Shown here piece after piece: positions 1-8,896 of a stretch of 42,565 bases of DNA. This DNA comes from a virus. Its lineage: Duplodnaviria > Heunggongvirae > Uroviricota > Caudoviricetes. The stretch's first letter is position 1. Every line of letters starts with the position of its first letter. Under the pieces are notes generated by a model. That model saw only the letters and a program-made list of their open reading frames with translations, made no database searches and was not told the origin of the DNA. The stretch lies in the IMG/VR virus record IMGVR_UViG_2654588006_000002. One strand, 5' to 3'. The translations under genes and the position numbers were made by a program.

Positions 1-798
1 TTAATGAACATTCGTCGCCGAAAACGAGTCTGTATCATTAGCGTGATGCAGTCTCTGCAAAGGATCTTGTTGATAAAATTGACAGAAACGTTGCCACAAT
101 GAAGGGAAACGAGGAGCAAAAAGTTCTGGGGCGCTAAAGAAATATTCAGAAAGTACGGCAAAACATTCAGCAGGATCACTGGCAGCATAAGCATCAATGC
201 TCGCTGCATTCTCACCAACTAATTCGATTTCTTCCTGAATGTTGTTCATTGCAGCATGAAGATCGTGTTCCCAGCCAGCAACCTCACGCAACGAAATAAA
301 GGGAACTCCGCTGGCGCGATCGCCGTTACGGGTGTCCAGCTTATGAGCGACTTCATGAATAATCAGGTTAAAACCAGATGCATCAAAAGAATCTTGTATA
401 TCCAACCAGTTCAAAACGATAGGCCCTTGCTGCCAGCTCTGACCTGACTGAACAATACGTTGGTTATGCACCAGACCGATATCGTCTTCCCATTCATCAT
501 CGACCACAAATGGCGCAGGATAAATTAAGACTTCATGAAAACCATCCAGCCATTCCAGTCCTAACTCCAGAACGGGTAGGCAAAATAGAAGTGCTATCCG
601 GCAGCTTCTTAATGAATCCAGTTCAAAGCCCTGTAAAGGAACAAGCCGCTTTTGCTGTAAAAAACGTTCGGCAAGAGTGACTAATTTGCTTTGTTCCTGT
701 TCCGTCAGACCCGTTAAAAGGGGGATCGATAGTGCTTCCTGCCAGGGAAGGGCAGTTTGATGTGCTGATTCTTGTACTTTCCAGGGCCACTTAATCAT
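1..798 (-). CDS. mtfA: Host Mlc titration factor A (MtfA) peptidase, 265 aa from internal Met MIKWPWK
   Basis: ORF 1..837 (-) contains [31 protein letters not shown] and a HEVAH zinc-peptidase motif, recognised as E. coli MtfA/YeeI; start set at Met14 of the ORF. Confidence 0.85.
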   Translation of the reverse strand: MIKWPWKVQESAHQTALPWQEALSIPLLTGLTEQEQSKLVTLAERFLQQKRLVPLQGFELDSLRSCRIALLFCLPVLELGLEWLDGFHEVLIYPAPFVVDDEWEDDIGLVHNQRIVQSGQSWQQGPIVLNWLDIQDSFDASGFNLIIHEVAHKLDTRNGDRASGVPFISLREVAGWEHDLHAAMNNIQEEIELVGENAASIDAYAASDPAECFAVLSEYFFSAPELFAPRFPSLWQRFCQFYQQDPLQRLHHANDTDSFSATNVH

Positions 799-891
799 CG
801 TTTTGCTCGCAAACTCGTCACTTGAACAAAATTGCACGGACAGGGACTGTTAAAATGCCAAATTTCCTGGCATCATGGCAACCATCTGAAC

Positions 892-981
892 GGAGAGATG
901 CCGGAGCGGCTGAACGGACCGGTCTCGAAAACCGGAGTGGGGGCAACTCCACCGGGGGTTCAAATCCCCCTCTCTCCGCCA
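892..981 (+). tRNA. serU: tRNA-Ser, anticodon CGA, long variable arm; prophage attachment tRNA
   Basis: GGAGAGATGCCGGAGCGG...CCGGTCTCGAAAACCGG...GGGGGTTCAAATCCCCCTCTCTCCGCCA: 7-bp acceptor stem, anticodon loop CT-CGA-AA, long extra arm, TPsiC GGTTCAAATCC, 3' CCA. Confidence 0.9.
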
Positions 982-1033
982 AAATTCAATCACTTACACA
1001 TCATTAAGTCAGTGACAAAAATCACACTTGGAA

Positions 1034-2059
1034 TTACTTGGAATATTTTCTTGGAATATTTTCAGGTAACGGGACATCAAGTGTCGGTGAAACTTTAACC
1101 TTCCTGTCATAGATTAGCACTTGCCCCTCGGTTTTGTGACCAGAGAAAAGTTGCTTATCCCGACTGCTTCCTTCATAGTCTGAAATTCCTTTCGCCTTCA
1201 GATCATGAAAGGTGAAGTCGGTTAAAATACCTGAAATTTTGCCTGCGCGATTTCTTGCTTCTACCCACATTTCGTTAAAGCCTTTGTACATATATCGGTT
1301 GCCGTATTGATTGCTGATTACATAGGCGGATGTTGGTAACTGTTTTGCTTTTTCGATCGCCGCCTGTAATCGTGGACTCCATGCTTTTATCTGTTTTTTT
1401 CCTGTTTTCCCTTGCTGGATAAAGATCCCGTCGTTTCCAATCTGCTCCCATTTCAGCGATAACACATCGGAAACCCTCGCTGCACACAGATAGGCAATTT
1501 CCATTGCGATAAAAACAGGAAGAGGTGCAACGCTTAATACTGCCTGGTATTCTTTGTCGGTTACATATCGTTCGCGGTTTTTGGCCTTGAATTTACTTAC
1601 ACCTGCACATGGGTTAGCCTTCACGTACCCTCGCTCATACCCCCAACTGTAAACACGGGACATACTGCTTTTTTCATGGTTGGCTTGCGTTTTACTCTGC
1701 TCCCCTCTTTTGTCCATGTATCGACGGATGTGTTCTGGTTTTATGGAATCCGCTGGTACCTTACCGAATACGGCAAGCAACTTTTTTTGATGTTGCAGAT
1801 AATCTTTTTGTGTTCTTGGACTAAGGTCACTGTAATAGGCGCTGGCGAGGAATTTTTCCCACAAGCGACCGAATGTCATTGCACGATCGCGATTATTTAC
1901 AGTTTCCTCATACTTTTTCCATAAAGCAGCTAAACCATCCTTGATGGCGGTTAGTGTGACAGATTCTCTGGATGTTGGTTTCCATACATAACTATATTTA
2001 TTTGGGTATACATTTGGAGGTAATTTTTCGTGTTCAGGATTTTTCCTTCGTCTTCCCAT
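1034..2059 (-). CDS. int: Phage integrase, tyrosine recombinase family
   Basis: 341-aa ORF adjacent to the tRNA; C-terminal region has the HDLK/LFSGHKTEGQVLIYDRK arrangement typical of the tyrosine recombinase catalytic domain. Confidence 0.9.
   Translation of the reverse strand: MGRRRKNPEHEKLPPNVYPNKYSYVWKPTSRESVTLTAIKDGLAALWKKYEETVNNRDRAMTFGRLWEKFLASAYYSDLSPRTQKDYLQHQKKLLAVFGKVPADSIKPEHIRRYMDKRGEQSKTQANHEKSSMSRVYSWGYERGYVKANPCAGVSKFKAKNRERYVTDKEYQAVLSVAPLPVFIAMEIAYLCAARVSDVLSLKWEQIGNDGIFIQQGKTGKKQIKAWSPRLQAAIEKAKQLPTSAYVISNQYGNRYMYKGFNEMWVEARNRAGKISGILTDFTFHDLKAKGISDYEGSSRDKQLFSGHKTEGQVLIYDRKVKVSPTLDVPLPENIPRKYSK
1038..1063. repeat. Perfect tandem direct repeat 2 x TTGGAATATTTTC, with a third partial copy at 1027-1036
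   Basis: Read directly from sequence; overlaps the 3' end of the integrase gene near attL; possible arm-type recombinase binding sites. Confidence 0.5.
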
Positions 2060-2262
2060 CAGATCGCACCAAAATTCGGCTCTACCTCGCGTGGTGGTAA
2101 AGTTTTATTGCAGGTAAATAGATCCCGGCTGACAATCGGTTTGCCACTACGATTGGTATAGAACGGAAGCCCGTTTTCCATTAACCATTTTCGCTGGTGG
2201 CTTGCATATTTGCAGCCCGTTAATATTAGCAATTCATCTTCGGTTAAAAATAAGCTGCTCAT
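2059..2262 (-). CDS. xis: Excisionase-like small protein (DUF4224-like)
   Basis: 67-aa ORF MSSLFLTEDELLILTGCKYASHQRKW... immediately upstream of int, overlapping its start; position and size typical of lambdoid Xis-like proteins. Confidence 0.55.
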   Translation of the reverse strand: MSSLFLTEDELLILTGCKYASHQRKWLMENGLPFYTNRSGKPIVSRDLFTCNKTLPPREVEPNFGAI

Positions 2263-2320
2263 AGCTATATCTCATAACCGCCGCTAACTATATACGGTTA
2301 GCGGCAATTAGGGTTGAACA

Positions 2321-4762
2321 TTAAAAATCAGCCTGACTCGGGATCAGTTTTTGCCAGATAGCTGAAACGTATTTTGCCTGGTAACGAGCGTCATCAAGTG
2401 CATTATGGCGCTCACCTTCGAATGGAATAGCCGTTCTGGCATCGAAGTCTATGGCTTTCCCCAGCTCAACGATTGTGCGTACATCGCGATCGTTGTAGTA
2501 ACGCCACGGGCAGGTGATCCCCTGCCGTTCGTATGAACGGCGCAAAATCGTGTTGTCGAAGTTGGCTCCATTTCCCCAGACCTGAACAAAAAATTCACCG
2601 GAGTTTTCGTCGATAAATTCCCGCAATTGTAACAGTGCATCATCTAACGGGATTTCATCGGTCATAATGGCAGATTGCGCTTCGCGTGATTGCTTAAGCC
2701 ACCATTTAATGGTGTCCCGATCAATGACTCCGCCAGCAGTTTCCAGATCGATAGTCTTACTAAATTCCGGTCCCACATCTCCGGTTTGCGGATCGAAAAA
2801 TATTGCACCTATTGAGATGATCGGGGCATCAGGATTTTTTCCCATGGTTTCAAGGTCGATCATTAGATGGTCACACGTCCTGCTGGTGGATGTGATTTCT
2901 TGATGACCGTTCACCTTAATTGAGTGATCTGCCGTCTCGCCAGTTTCATTATCGCTATCGTGATGCTGATTGCCGCCAGTGTTCTCCTTGTGTGGATGTT
3001 CAGCGCCTTCCATTTTCTCCGGATCATTTTCCTGAACTTCAACCTGATTCTCTTCATCGAATGTTTCCTGGTATGTTGCGTCGCCCATCACCGCGCCACA
3101 ATCAGGGCAGTTGCCGCCACCGCTCTGACCGCAGGCGGTGCTGACTTTTTCCGGTTCCTGTTGCGCTACTGGTTCGGATTGTTTCGTTTCTGGCTCGTTT
3201 TGTAACGCATTTGGGCTGTTTTGTTCCGCTTTTTGGTCGTTCCGTTCCGATTCATGCTGGTTCTGGTTCACAGAATCGCGAGTCTGGATCCCCTTAACCC
3301 ATTTCGGATCATTAGGGTCGCTAATCCCCTCAACAAATTCACCACGCGATACAGCAAGTAACTTATCGGCGTCAGGCTGGCTGATATTGGCTGCCTGCAT
3401 AATTTTGTTTACTTCGTCAGCGGTGACTTTTACTTGGTTAGCGGAACTCACCTGCGACTGAGCATCCAGCGACTGCGCGTTCTGGCCATGTTCAGTTGTA
3501 TCCGGTTCCATTGTTTCAGTTGTTGCCTGTTCACCTGCCATTGCGTCAGATGGTTGTGGTTTTTCTTCTTCTGTTTCACGCTCAGTAACCACCTCGCGGT
3601 TAATTTCTTCCAGGATATCTTTTTCCGGCGTATGCCGGGCAGCTGTGAGAGTTTCCTTGCTGGGGTTCTCGTGATCAGTTTCCGTCAAATAGGCGTTGAT
3701 ATACCCCTGAAGGCGTCCCGGGTAGTGATAAAATTCAGGGTGTGCGCTTCGGATAAGTGCAAAAATAGCGGCGCGGGAATAGTCCAGAATACCCGGGGTT
3801 GCACGAAGTGCTGCGGACCATTCTTTGAACGGACTTTCTTTGTTCAGGACTACTTCTTTTGCGCGACGATAAACGCTGCCCGGAATTTCATAAATATTAA
3901 AATCCATCGGAAGTGTGGCTGCTGCAATCTCCACATCCAGTGTGTCGAGGGTGTGTACTAAATTCGGATTGCGATCGGTTTTGTTCCCACCGCCAGCATT
4001 AGCACCGGAAGCCGTGCGGGTGATGCGTGAAACACGATTTCCTTTCATCCACTCTTTTGTCAGCAGACCCCGATCAGTGTAGTCAGCGTCCAGGTATGCT
4101 TCGAAAAAAGCAGTTATTAGTCCCAGGTCTGAATTACCAGGATTAGGGAAAACTTTGTCAGTGTCACGAACCAGTTTGTGGAGGTCGCGAATCTCCAGCG
4201 AGTCGAGCAGACTGGTTTTATGCGAAATAGCCAGGGCAGTAACAGCCGGTAGTTCTTCAGCCCGTGCAATGTGTAATGCCTGGAGTTCGTCGCGTGAAAC
4301 GTGCGTTACTGGTTTTTCGCTGCCGTGTTGAGCAAGCCAACGAATGGGCAGTTCCTGACCGGAGACAGGCAGAAGCATGCTCTCCTCAATCTCAGTCATG
4401 TCTTCACCGTTGATGTTGGTATTGTCAGTGCTGGCTGGTTTGTCCTGAACAGAGGGGGAAGGGCCGATAAATGTCATTGTGATGCCATCTTTCCCGCCTT
4501 TTTCATAGCGGTTGCAGAATTCAGTATCAAACACGCCTTCTGGCGGAAGGTCGTCAACAACGGGCAAATTGACGCGGACGGGTTTTTTAAAGTCGTCTTC
4601 ATCATAATCGTTGTCATCCATTGCGGTAATGCAGCGGGAGATTGCAACAGATAATTTTTTTGCTGTAGTCCAGTAAAAACCACCTTTAATTCCTAGGCGT
4701 TTTCTTACTTTGTCATTTTTTGCTTCGCAATATAGTGCAAATTCTTCTTTATCAGTGCTCAT
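2321..4762 (-). CDS. Large phage exonuclease with C-terminal DEDDh-type 3'-5' exonuclease domain
   Basis: 813-aa ORF; C-terminal motifs [32 protein letters not shown] fit a DnaQ-like exonuclease fold; central acidic low-complexity linker and a Cys cluster [13 protein letters not shown]. Confidence 0.75.
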   Translation of the reverse strand: MSTDKEEFALYCEAKNDKVRKRLGIKGGFYWTTAKKLSVAISRCITAMDDNDYDEDDFKKPVRVNLPVVDDLPPEGVFDTEFCNRYEKGGKDGITMTFIGPSPSVQDKPASTDNTNINGEDMTEIEESMLLPVSGQELPIRWLAQHGSEKPVTHVSRDELQALHIARAEELPAVTALAISHKTSLLDSLEIRDLHKLVRDTDKVFPNPGNSDLGLITAFFEAYLDADYTDRGLLTKEWMKGNRVSRITRTASGANAGGGNKTDRNPNLVHTLDTLDVEIAAATLPMDFNIYEIPGSVYRRAKEVVLNKESPFKEWSAALRATPGILDYSRAAIFALIRSAHPEFYHYPGRLQGYINAYLTETDHENPSKETLTAARHTPEKDILEEINREVVTERETEEEKPQPSDAMAGEQATTETMEPDTTEHGQNAQSLDAQSQVSSANQVKVTADEVNKIMQAANISQPDADKLLAVSRGEFVEGISDPNDPKWVKGIQTRDSVNQNQHESERNDQKAEQNSPNALQNEPETKQSEPVAQQEPEKVSTACGQSGGGNCPDCGAVMGDATYQETFDEENQVEVQENDPEKMEGAEHPHKENTGGNQHHDSDNETGETADHSIKVNGHQEITSTSRTCDHLMIDLETMGKNPDAPIISIGAIFFDPQTGDVGPEFSKTIDLETAGGVIDRDTIKWWLKQSREAQSAIMTDEIPLDDALLQLREFIDENSGEFFVQVWGNGANFDNTILRRSYERQGITCPWRYYNDRDVRTIVELGKAIDFDARTAIPFEGERHNALDDARYQAKYVSAIWQKLIPSQADF

Positions 4763-4855
4763 TATTGGTAAACCTCATCACAGATTTAAGGGTGAACAAA
4801 TCTCTGCCATTGCTGACATATAAGAATGAAACTGGATATTTATTACGGTGCTGTT

Positions 4856-5047
4856 TTAAAATCCTGCCGGGATTTCGTTATTATCCTGGTGAATAACTTT
4901 ATCGACCGGATAACAGTTGCCTGGAATTTTCTGTTCGGTTGCTGCTGCCATACATTCCTGCATTGTTCTGTGAACACTGACTGCAATATCAACTGGCTCT
5001 CCGGAAACAAGAAAAACCGTCAGAATAAGTGCAAATACTGGATTCAT
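4856..5047 (-). CDS. YdfD-like small membrane protein, 63 aa, downstream of dicB
   Basis: MNPVFALILTVFLVSGEP... hydrophobic N-terminus; start overlaps the dicB stop; same size and position as ydfD of the Qin dicB operon. Confidence 0.5.
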   Translation of the reverse strand: MNPVFALILTVFLVSGEPVDIAVSVHRTMQECMAAATEQKIPGNCYPVDKVIHQDNNEIPAGF

Positions 5048-5232
5048 TGTGCACATCCTTTTGGCATCAGACGTAAACGGGCCAGCATTGAAACAATGCA
5101 TACTTTATTTAATAACTCCCGTTCGTGTTTTCTTTTGTTAATGGCATCTTCAGTAAATACAGGATTACTGATAGTGACACCAATTTCAAAACAACCTTCA
5201 GACGTATTAACGTTTGGTAATAACGTTTTCAT
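5044..5232 (-). CDS. dicB: Cell-division inhibitor DicB, 62 aa
   Basis: MKTLLPNVNTSEGCFEIGVTISNPVFTEDAINKRK...ARLRLMPKGCAQ from Met36 of ORF 5044..5337; GAGGG RBS; sits right downstream of DicF as in Qin. Confidence 0.75.
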   Translation of the reverse strand: MKTLLPNVNTSEGCFEIGVTISNPVFTEDAINKRKHERELLNKVCIVSMLARLRLMPKGCAQ

Positions 5233-5401
5233 TATCGCGCCCTCAACAATGAGTTTTGTGATGCGGTGCCTGGTGCCTCCAGGTGACGTTAACCAGTTAA
5301 CAATTAACGCCGGATACAGAGAATCCACCCATAACACTGTTTTTGGTTTTAACTGTTCCGCGTGCGCTTAGCCGCATTCACCGCATCACAAAATTCACTT
5401 T

Positions 5402-5459
5402 AAAAAGGGCGGCAGAGCAGTCACGGAGTAAAACTGATACCGCCAAACGTCACCAGAAA
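5402..5459 (-). ncRNA. dicF: DicF small RNA (ftsZ-targeting) with intrinsic terminator
   Basis: Minus strand reads TTTCTGGTGACGTTTGGCGGTATCAGTTTTACTCCGTGACTGCTCTGCCGCCCTTTTT, matching the DicF sequence recalled from memory, ending in a GGCGG/CCGCC hairpin plus U-run. Confidence 0.85.
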
Positions 5460-5799
5460 ATTGATAACAGAGGGCGTTGCAGCGGGGTTGTCACTTAAGC
5501 GTATGGTCAACCTGACAACCCGGTGTCCTCAACGGGGAAGGAATAACCCCGCCATACTTACCGCCGCGCCATTTCGCGGAGTGCCACAACCGGAAGCGCA
5601 CGGTCGACGAAAATTTAACGACAGGCTATCTATGAACCAGCTACCTCGCCGTGCGCTTTCGCGTTATGGTCTGACTTTTCATGGAAATATCCTTTCAGTA
5701 AACTGTCAGTGCCGGATGCTCACCCGTGTCCGGCGCACGCACTCCACCTCACCCGTGGAGAACTCCTTAATTACCAACCTTAGCTTCGTTGGTTAGCTA

Positions 5800-6018
5800 T
5801 TAACGCGGGTATGTAATCATTCTGGCAATGCTTAATGCCGCTGCTTTTTCCTGATTGGTGATATCCTGCTCCAGAGAGAACAGATTTTCAGCCTGCTTAG
5901 CCCTGGCTTCATTAGCCCATTTCAGATCCTGCGCTGCATTAATTTTCTGGCGCATCCACTCATAAAGTTCATCATCGGTATAGTCTGGCGCGATGATGAC
6001 AGGTTCTCGTTTCTGCAT
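5800..6018 (-). CDS. YdfC-like small protein, 72 aa
   Basis: From Met14 of ORF 5800..6057 (MQKREPVIIAPDYTDDELYEWMRQ...); AAGGAG RBS 7 nt upstream; position upstream of dicF in the operon. Confidence 0.5.
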   Translation of the reverse strand: MQKREPVIIAPDYTDDELYEWMRQKINAAQDLKWANEARAKQAENLFSLEQDITNQEKAAALSIARMITYPR

Positions 6019-6089
6019 GTCAGCTCCTTGTGGTTCGCATTGCCTGCTTTTAACCACGTCAGGCGAGGTGGTATCCTCTGAGGGGTCTG

Positions 6090-6446
6090 TTACTCGAGAG
6101 GAAATTGGTTATGAATACAATCAAGTTTTCTTGCCCAGAATGTGGTGGCGAAGTCTTTGACACATCCTTTAAGCCGCAGGGCTCTGACAGTTTCGCGGGA
6201 GCCATCTGCAAAAATTGTGGTCACCTTGTAACTGAAGATGAGTCCTCGCAGTTCGATGACGAAATCGTTGACAATATCTTCGGTGCACTCACCAGAGACT
6301 TTCTGAAATAAAGACGCATACCGCTTAGTTACCGCTCTGATAACTCTTACCTGTCCGGCAATGGCGCTGATGTCAATATAAAGCGCCATTGCTGCTTCTT
6401 TGCCGATCCCGTGATGCCTTCCATTCTGATGTTTGACTTCGCCCAC
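6090..6446 (-). CDS. Hypothetical protein in the dicB-operon orientation (mutually exclusive with 6105..6311 +)
   Basis: 118-aa ORF with GTG start and an AGAGGA RBS; co-oriented with the operon, but fully overlaps a zinc-ribbon ORF on the other strand. Confidence 0.3.
   Translation of the reverse strand: MGEVKHQNGRHHGIGKEAAMALYIDISAIAGQVRVIRAVTKRYASLFQKVSGECTEDIVNDFVIELRGLIFSYKVTTIFADGSRETVRALRLKGCVKDFATTFWARKLDCIHNQFPLE
6105..6311 (+). CDS. Hypothetical zinc-ribbon protein, CPECGG...CKNCGH (mutually exclusive with 6090..6446 -)
   Basis: 68-aa ORF with paired CxxC motifs about 21 aa apart and an upstream GAGAGG/AGGAAA RBS; antisense to the dicB operon. Confidence 0.3.
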   Translation: MVMNTIKFSCPECGGEVFDTSFKPQGSDSFAGAICKNCGHLVTEDESSQFDDEIVDNIFGALTRDFLK

Positions 6447-6564
6447 TGAGAAATCCTCTGTTTCCCCTTAACGCCGGGTAGCGGAACTGTTTGCTGAGAA
6501 CACCGTGCGGTGTCTTGATGGGTGGTAATTTAGTTTTCTCATGAATGTTGGTCAAGCGTTTTTA

Positions 6565-6579
6565 ATGAGAAAACTCAAT
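6565..6579. promoter_or_regulatory. Putative DicA operator, palindrome core TGAG-AAAA-CTCA, in the dicB-operon promoter region
   Basis: AATGAGAAAACTCAAT lies just downstream of the dicA stop in AT-rich DNA; a second copy at 7098-7111. Confidence 0.4.
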
Positions 6580-6639
6580 ATTTAATGCAAAATAAAGCCA
6601 ATACATTGAAATGTAAGGCTTTAAAATTTGTGAAGGGGG

Positions 6640-7047
6640 TTACTGATGTTTGTTACGTTTGCGAGCTTCTAGTAGCTCGGTGAATAGGCGATTAAAATTC
6701 TCAACGCGGGCACGGAGTTCGCTGATTTGTGCTTGCTGCTCTGATTTTGGAAGTGCGCGATACAATCGCAACATCTCCAACTCATCTTCCGATAAGTCTA
6801 AGGCGCTGTTGAGTGCAACTGGTGGATCTGGTGTTTTATCCTCGTCACCAAACAGTATCCAAGTTGGTGAACATTGCAATACCTCAGCCAGGCGATGCAA
6901 ATTTTGCCCGCGCGGGGCTGTATGGTCGCTTTCCCATAGTGAAATTGATGAGCCAGATACGCCAGCGGCTTTGCTTAAATCGTTTTGACTTAAACCAACC
7001 TGTTTGCGTCTTTCTCTAATTCGTTGACCTAAAGTTTTCTCGTTCAT
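6640..7047 (-). CDS. dicA: DicA-like HTH (XRE family) repressor, 135 aa
   Basis: HTH segment QRIRERRKQVGLSQNDLSKAAGVSGSSISLWE and LQCSPTWILFGDEDK closely resemble DicA; divergent from the cro-like gene. Confidence 0.85.
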   Translation of the reverse strand: MNEKTLGQRIRERRKQVGLSQNDLSKAAGVSGSSISLWESDHTAPRGQNLHRLAEVLQCSPTWILFGDEDKTPDPPVALNSALDLSEDELEMLRLYRALPKSEQQAQISELRARVENFNRLFTELLEARKRNKHQ

Positions 7048-7097
7048 ATTTAGATATCTTAATAACCCTTGACTTGAGATTCCTTGAGTGATTACTA

Positions 7098-7111
7098 TTG
7101 AGAAAACTCAA
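7098..7111. promoter_or_regulatory. Putative operator, perfect 14-bp palindrome TTGAGAAAACTCAA between dicA and dicC
   Basis: Perfect inverted repeat 14 nt upstream of the dicC RBS (GGAGGGG) in the divergent intergenic region. Confidence 0.45.
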
Positions 7112-7124
7112 CTTTGGAGGGGTG

Positions 7125-7352
7125 ATGTTTAAATCAGACGTAATTAATTTTTATGGGACGAAAGCCAAAGTAGCGAAAGCTGCTGGTGTTGATCCATCTG
7201 CTGTTTCTCAATGGGGGGAACTGGTTCCTGAAGGTCGCGCGATGCGCCTGCAAGAGGCATCCGGTGGGGAACTTCAGTACGACCCCAAAGTTTATGACGA
7301 ATATCGTAAGGCAAAGCGGGCGGGGCGGTTGAACAATGAAAATCACCCCTGA
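7125..7352 (+). CDS. dicC: DicC-like Cro-type regulator, 75 aa
   Basis: From Met10 of ORF 7098..7352 (MFKSDVINFYGTKAKVAKAAGV...); GGAGGGG RBS; divergent from the repressor. Confidence 0.75.
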   Translation: MFKSDVINFYGTKAKVAKAAGVDPSAVSQWGELVPEGRAMRLQEASGGELQYDPKVYDEYRKAKRAGRLNNENHP

Positions 7353-7887
7353 ACAGGTTTGTGAGGCTCTGGATGCCTGGGTATGTCGACCAGGAATGAC
7401 ACAGGAGCAGGCGACGATATTAATCACGGAAGCATTCTGGGCTCTGAAAGAACGCCCGAACATCGATGTTCAACGCGTCACGTTTAATGATGGCGAGGTT
7501 GATCAACGGGCGCTGGGCGTTAACCGGGTGAAGATATTCGAACGCTGGAAAGCTATCGACACCAGGGATAAGCGGGAAAAATTCACGGCGCTGATTCCGG
7601 CAATTATGGAGGCTATCCGGATCAGCGATTTCAGGTTGTATTGTGAAATTACTGACGGAAAAAGCATTACGTACATGATCGCCGGGTTAAACAAAGAATA
7701 TGGCGATGTGGTGGAGTCCGGGCTGCTTTTTGCGGATCCATCTGTTGTGGAACGTGAGACTGACGAGCTTATAGAAAAAGCTATTGCTTTCAAGCATGCG
7801 TATCGTCAGCAATATCAATATTACTTTGCAGATAAACAAATGTCTGCCAGGGGTTCGTATGAGTATCGATGCACTACGATGGGCTAA
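7336..7887 (+). CDS. YdaT-like protein (Rac toxin YdaT family)
   Basis: 183-aa ORF after the cro-like gene; REKFTALIPAIMEAIRISDFRLY resembles YdaT REKIQKLIPAILAILPRELRHRL, from memory. Confidence 0.55.
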   Translation: MKITPEQVCEALDAWVCRPGMTQEQATILITEAFWALKERPNIDVQRVTFNDGEVDQRALGVNRVKIFERWKAIDTRDKREKFTALIPAIMEAIRISDFRLYCEITDGKSITYMIAGLNKEYGDVVESGLLFADPSVVERETDELIEKAIAFKHAYRQQYQYYFADKQMSARGSYEYRCTTMG

Positions 7888-8896
7888 AAGGGTGAAAACC
7901 GGCAGTTCGTCCAGTAAGTCAGTATTGACCTGGCTTGCTGATATGTGCGGTGCCGATTTGTGTGCATACCCGTCTGTATCTGCACTGGCAGAAGTAACGG
8001 AACTGAACAAAAAGACTGTGCAGGACAGCTTACGACACCTGATGGAGATTGGGTTAATTGTTGATACCGGTGAGAGAAAAGGCCGAACAAAGCAAATCGT
8101 GGTGTACCGACTTATCGGTGTAGAAGAAAGCGTTGCCGAGCCTGAATACACCCAAAAACGGGAGTCTTTAAAGGTGGGTAAAATTGGTGCTGTTAATAAA
8201 AACAGTACCGAAAATGGTTGTGTTTCAGCACAAAACAGACCCAAAAACGGAACTCTTAGCTGCATGGAAAATAACCAAAGACACCCAAATTTTCCATCAA
8301 AGACACCCAAAAACGGATCACGGAACCCAAAGGAACCCAAAGATCTAAACCCCACACATAACGCACGCGAGAGTGCTCCGACCAGTGAGCAGGAAGTTTT
8401 GTCGTTACAGGCAGCACTCCCTGTATTCCTAGATGGCCTGAGCGAACCCATCGGAAAATTTCCGATGACCGATAGCTGGTATCCGTCACGGGATTTTCGA
8501 CGACGGGCTGCGTTGTGGGGGATGGCTTTGCCGGAGACAGAATTTACACCTGCTGAACTTGCCGCCTTCCGGGACTACTGGGCAGCGGAGGGGAAAGTGT
8601 TTACGCAGGTTCAGTGGGAGCAGAAATTCGCCCGTCACGTAAATCACGTCAGGGCGCAGGTTAAACCAGTCAGCAAGGGGGGGAGCCATGCAGCAGCAGG
8701 TGGCACCGCATCACGGGCAGTTCAGGAAATTCGGGCAGCACGTGAGCAGTGGGAACGTGAAAACGGATTTATCAGCGACGGAAACGGCGTGGAAGCTGTG
8801 GGAACTCATGGGGGATGTTTATTCGAACCGCTGGACCCAGAAGAACGGGGTCGCACCTTCGAAGCTCTGGATTGCACAGATTGGCGCGATGACTGA
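7859..8896 (+). CDS. Replication initiation protein, N-terminal HTH and C-terminal DnaT-like domain (O-like)
   Basis: ATG at 7859 with AGGGG RBS; MSIDALRWAKRVKTGSSSSKSVLTWLADMCG... is the HTH type common in lambdoid replication proteins; a DnaT-like segment near the C-terminus. Confidence 0.7.
   Translation: MSIDALRWAKRVKTGSSSSKSVLTWLADMCGADLCAYPSVSALAEVTELNKKTVQDSLRHLMEIGLIVDTGERKGRTKQIVVYRLIGVEESVAEPEYTQKRESLKVGKIGAVNKNSTENGCVSAQNRPKNGTLSCMENNQRHPNFPSKTPKNGSRNPKEPKDLNPTHNARESAPTSEQEVLSLQAALPVFLDGLSEPIGKFPMTDSWYPSRDFRRRAALWGMALPETEFTPAELAAFRDYWAAEGKVFTQVQWEQKFARHVNHVRAQVKPVSKGGSHAAAGGTASRAVQEIRAAREQWERENGFISDGNGVEAVGTHGGCLFEPLDPEERGRTFEALDCTDWRDD

Noticed and set aside
2667-3961. Several plus-strand ORFs of 74-175 aa
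   Set aside because: All lie antisense within the 813-aa exonuclease gene; Cys/Phe-rich nonsense translations
5461-5796. 111-aa plus-strand ORF
   Set aside because: TTG start, antisense to the DicF precursor region, Arg-rich translation; the region is more plausibly untranslated sRNA precursor
6373-6555. 60-aa minus-strand ORF (MTNIHEK...) as a possible ydfA-like gene
   Set aside because: Requires a TTG start, has no Shine-Dalgarno and no internal Met; more likely promoter/leader DNA of the dicB operon
7687-8451. 254-aa minus-strand ORF
   Set aside because: Antisense to the O-like replication gene; low-complexity Ser/Leu/Phe-rich translation and no RBS
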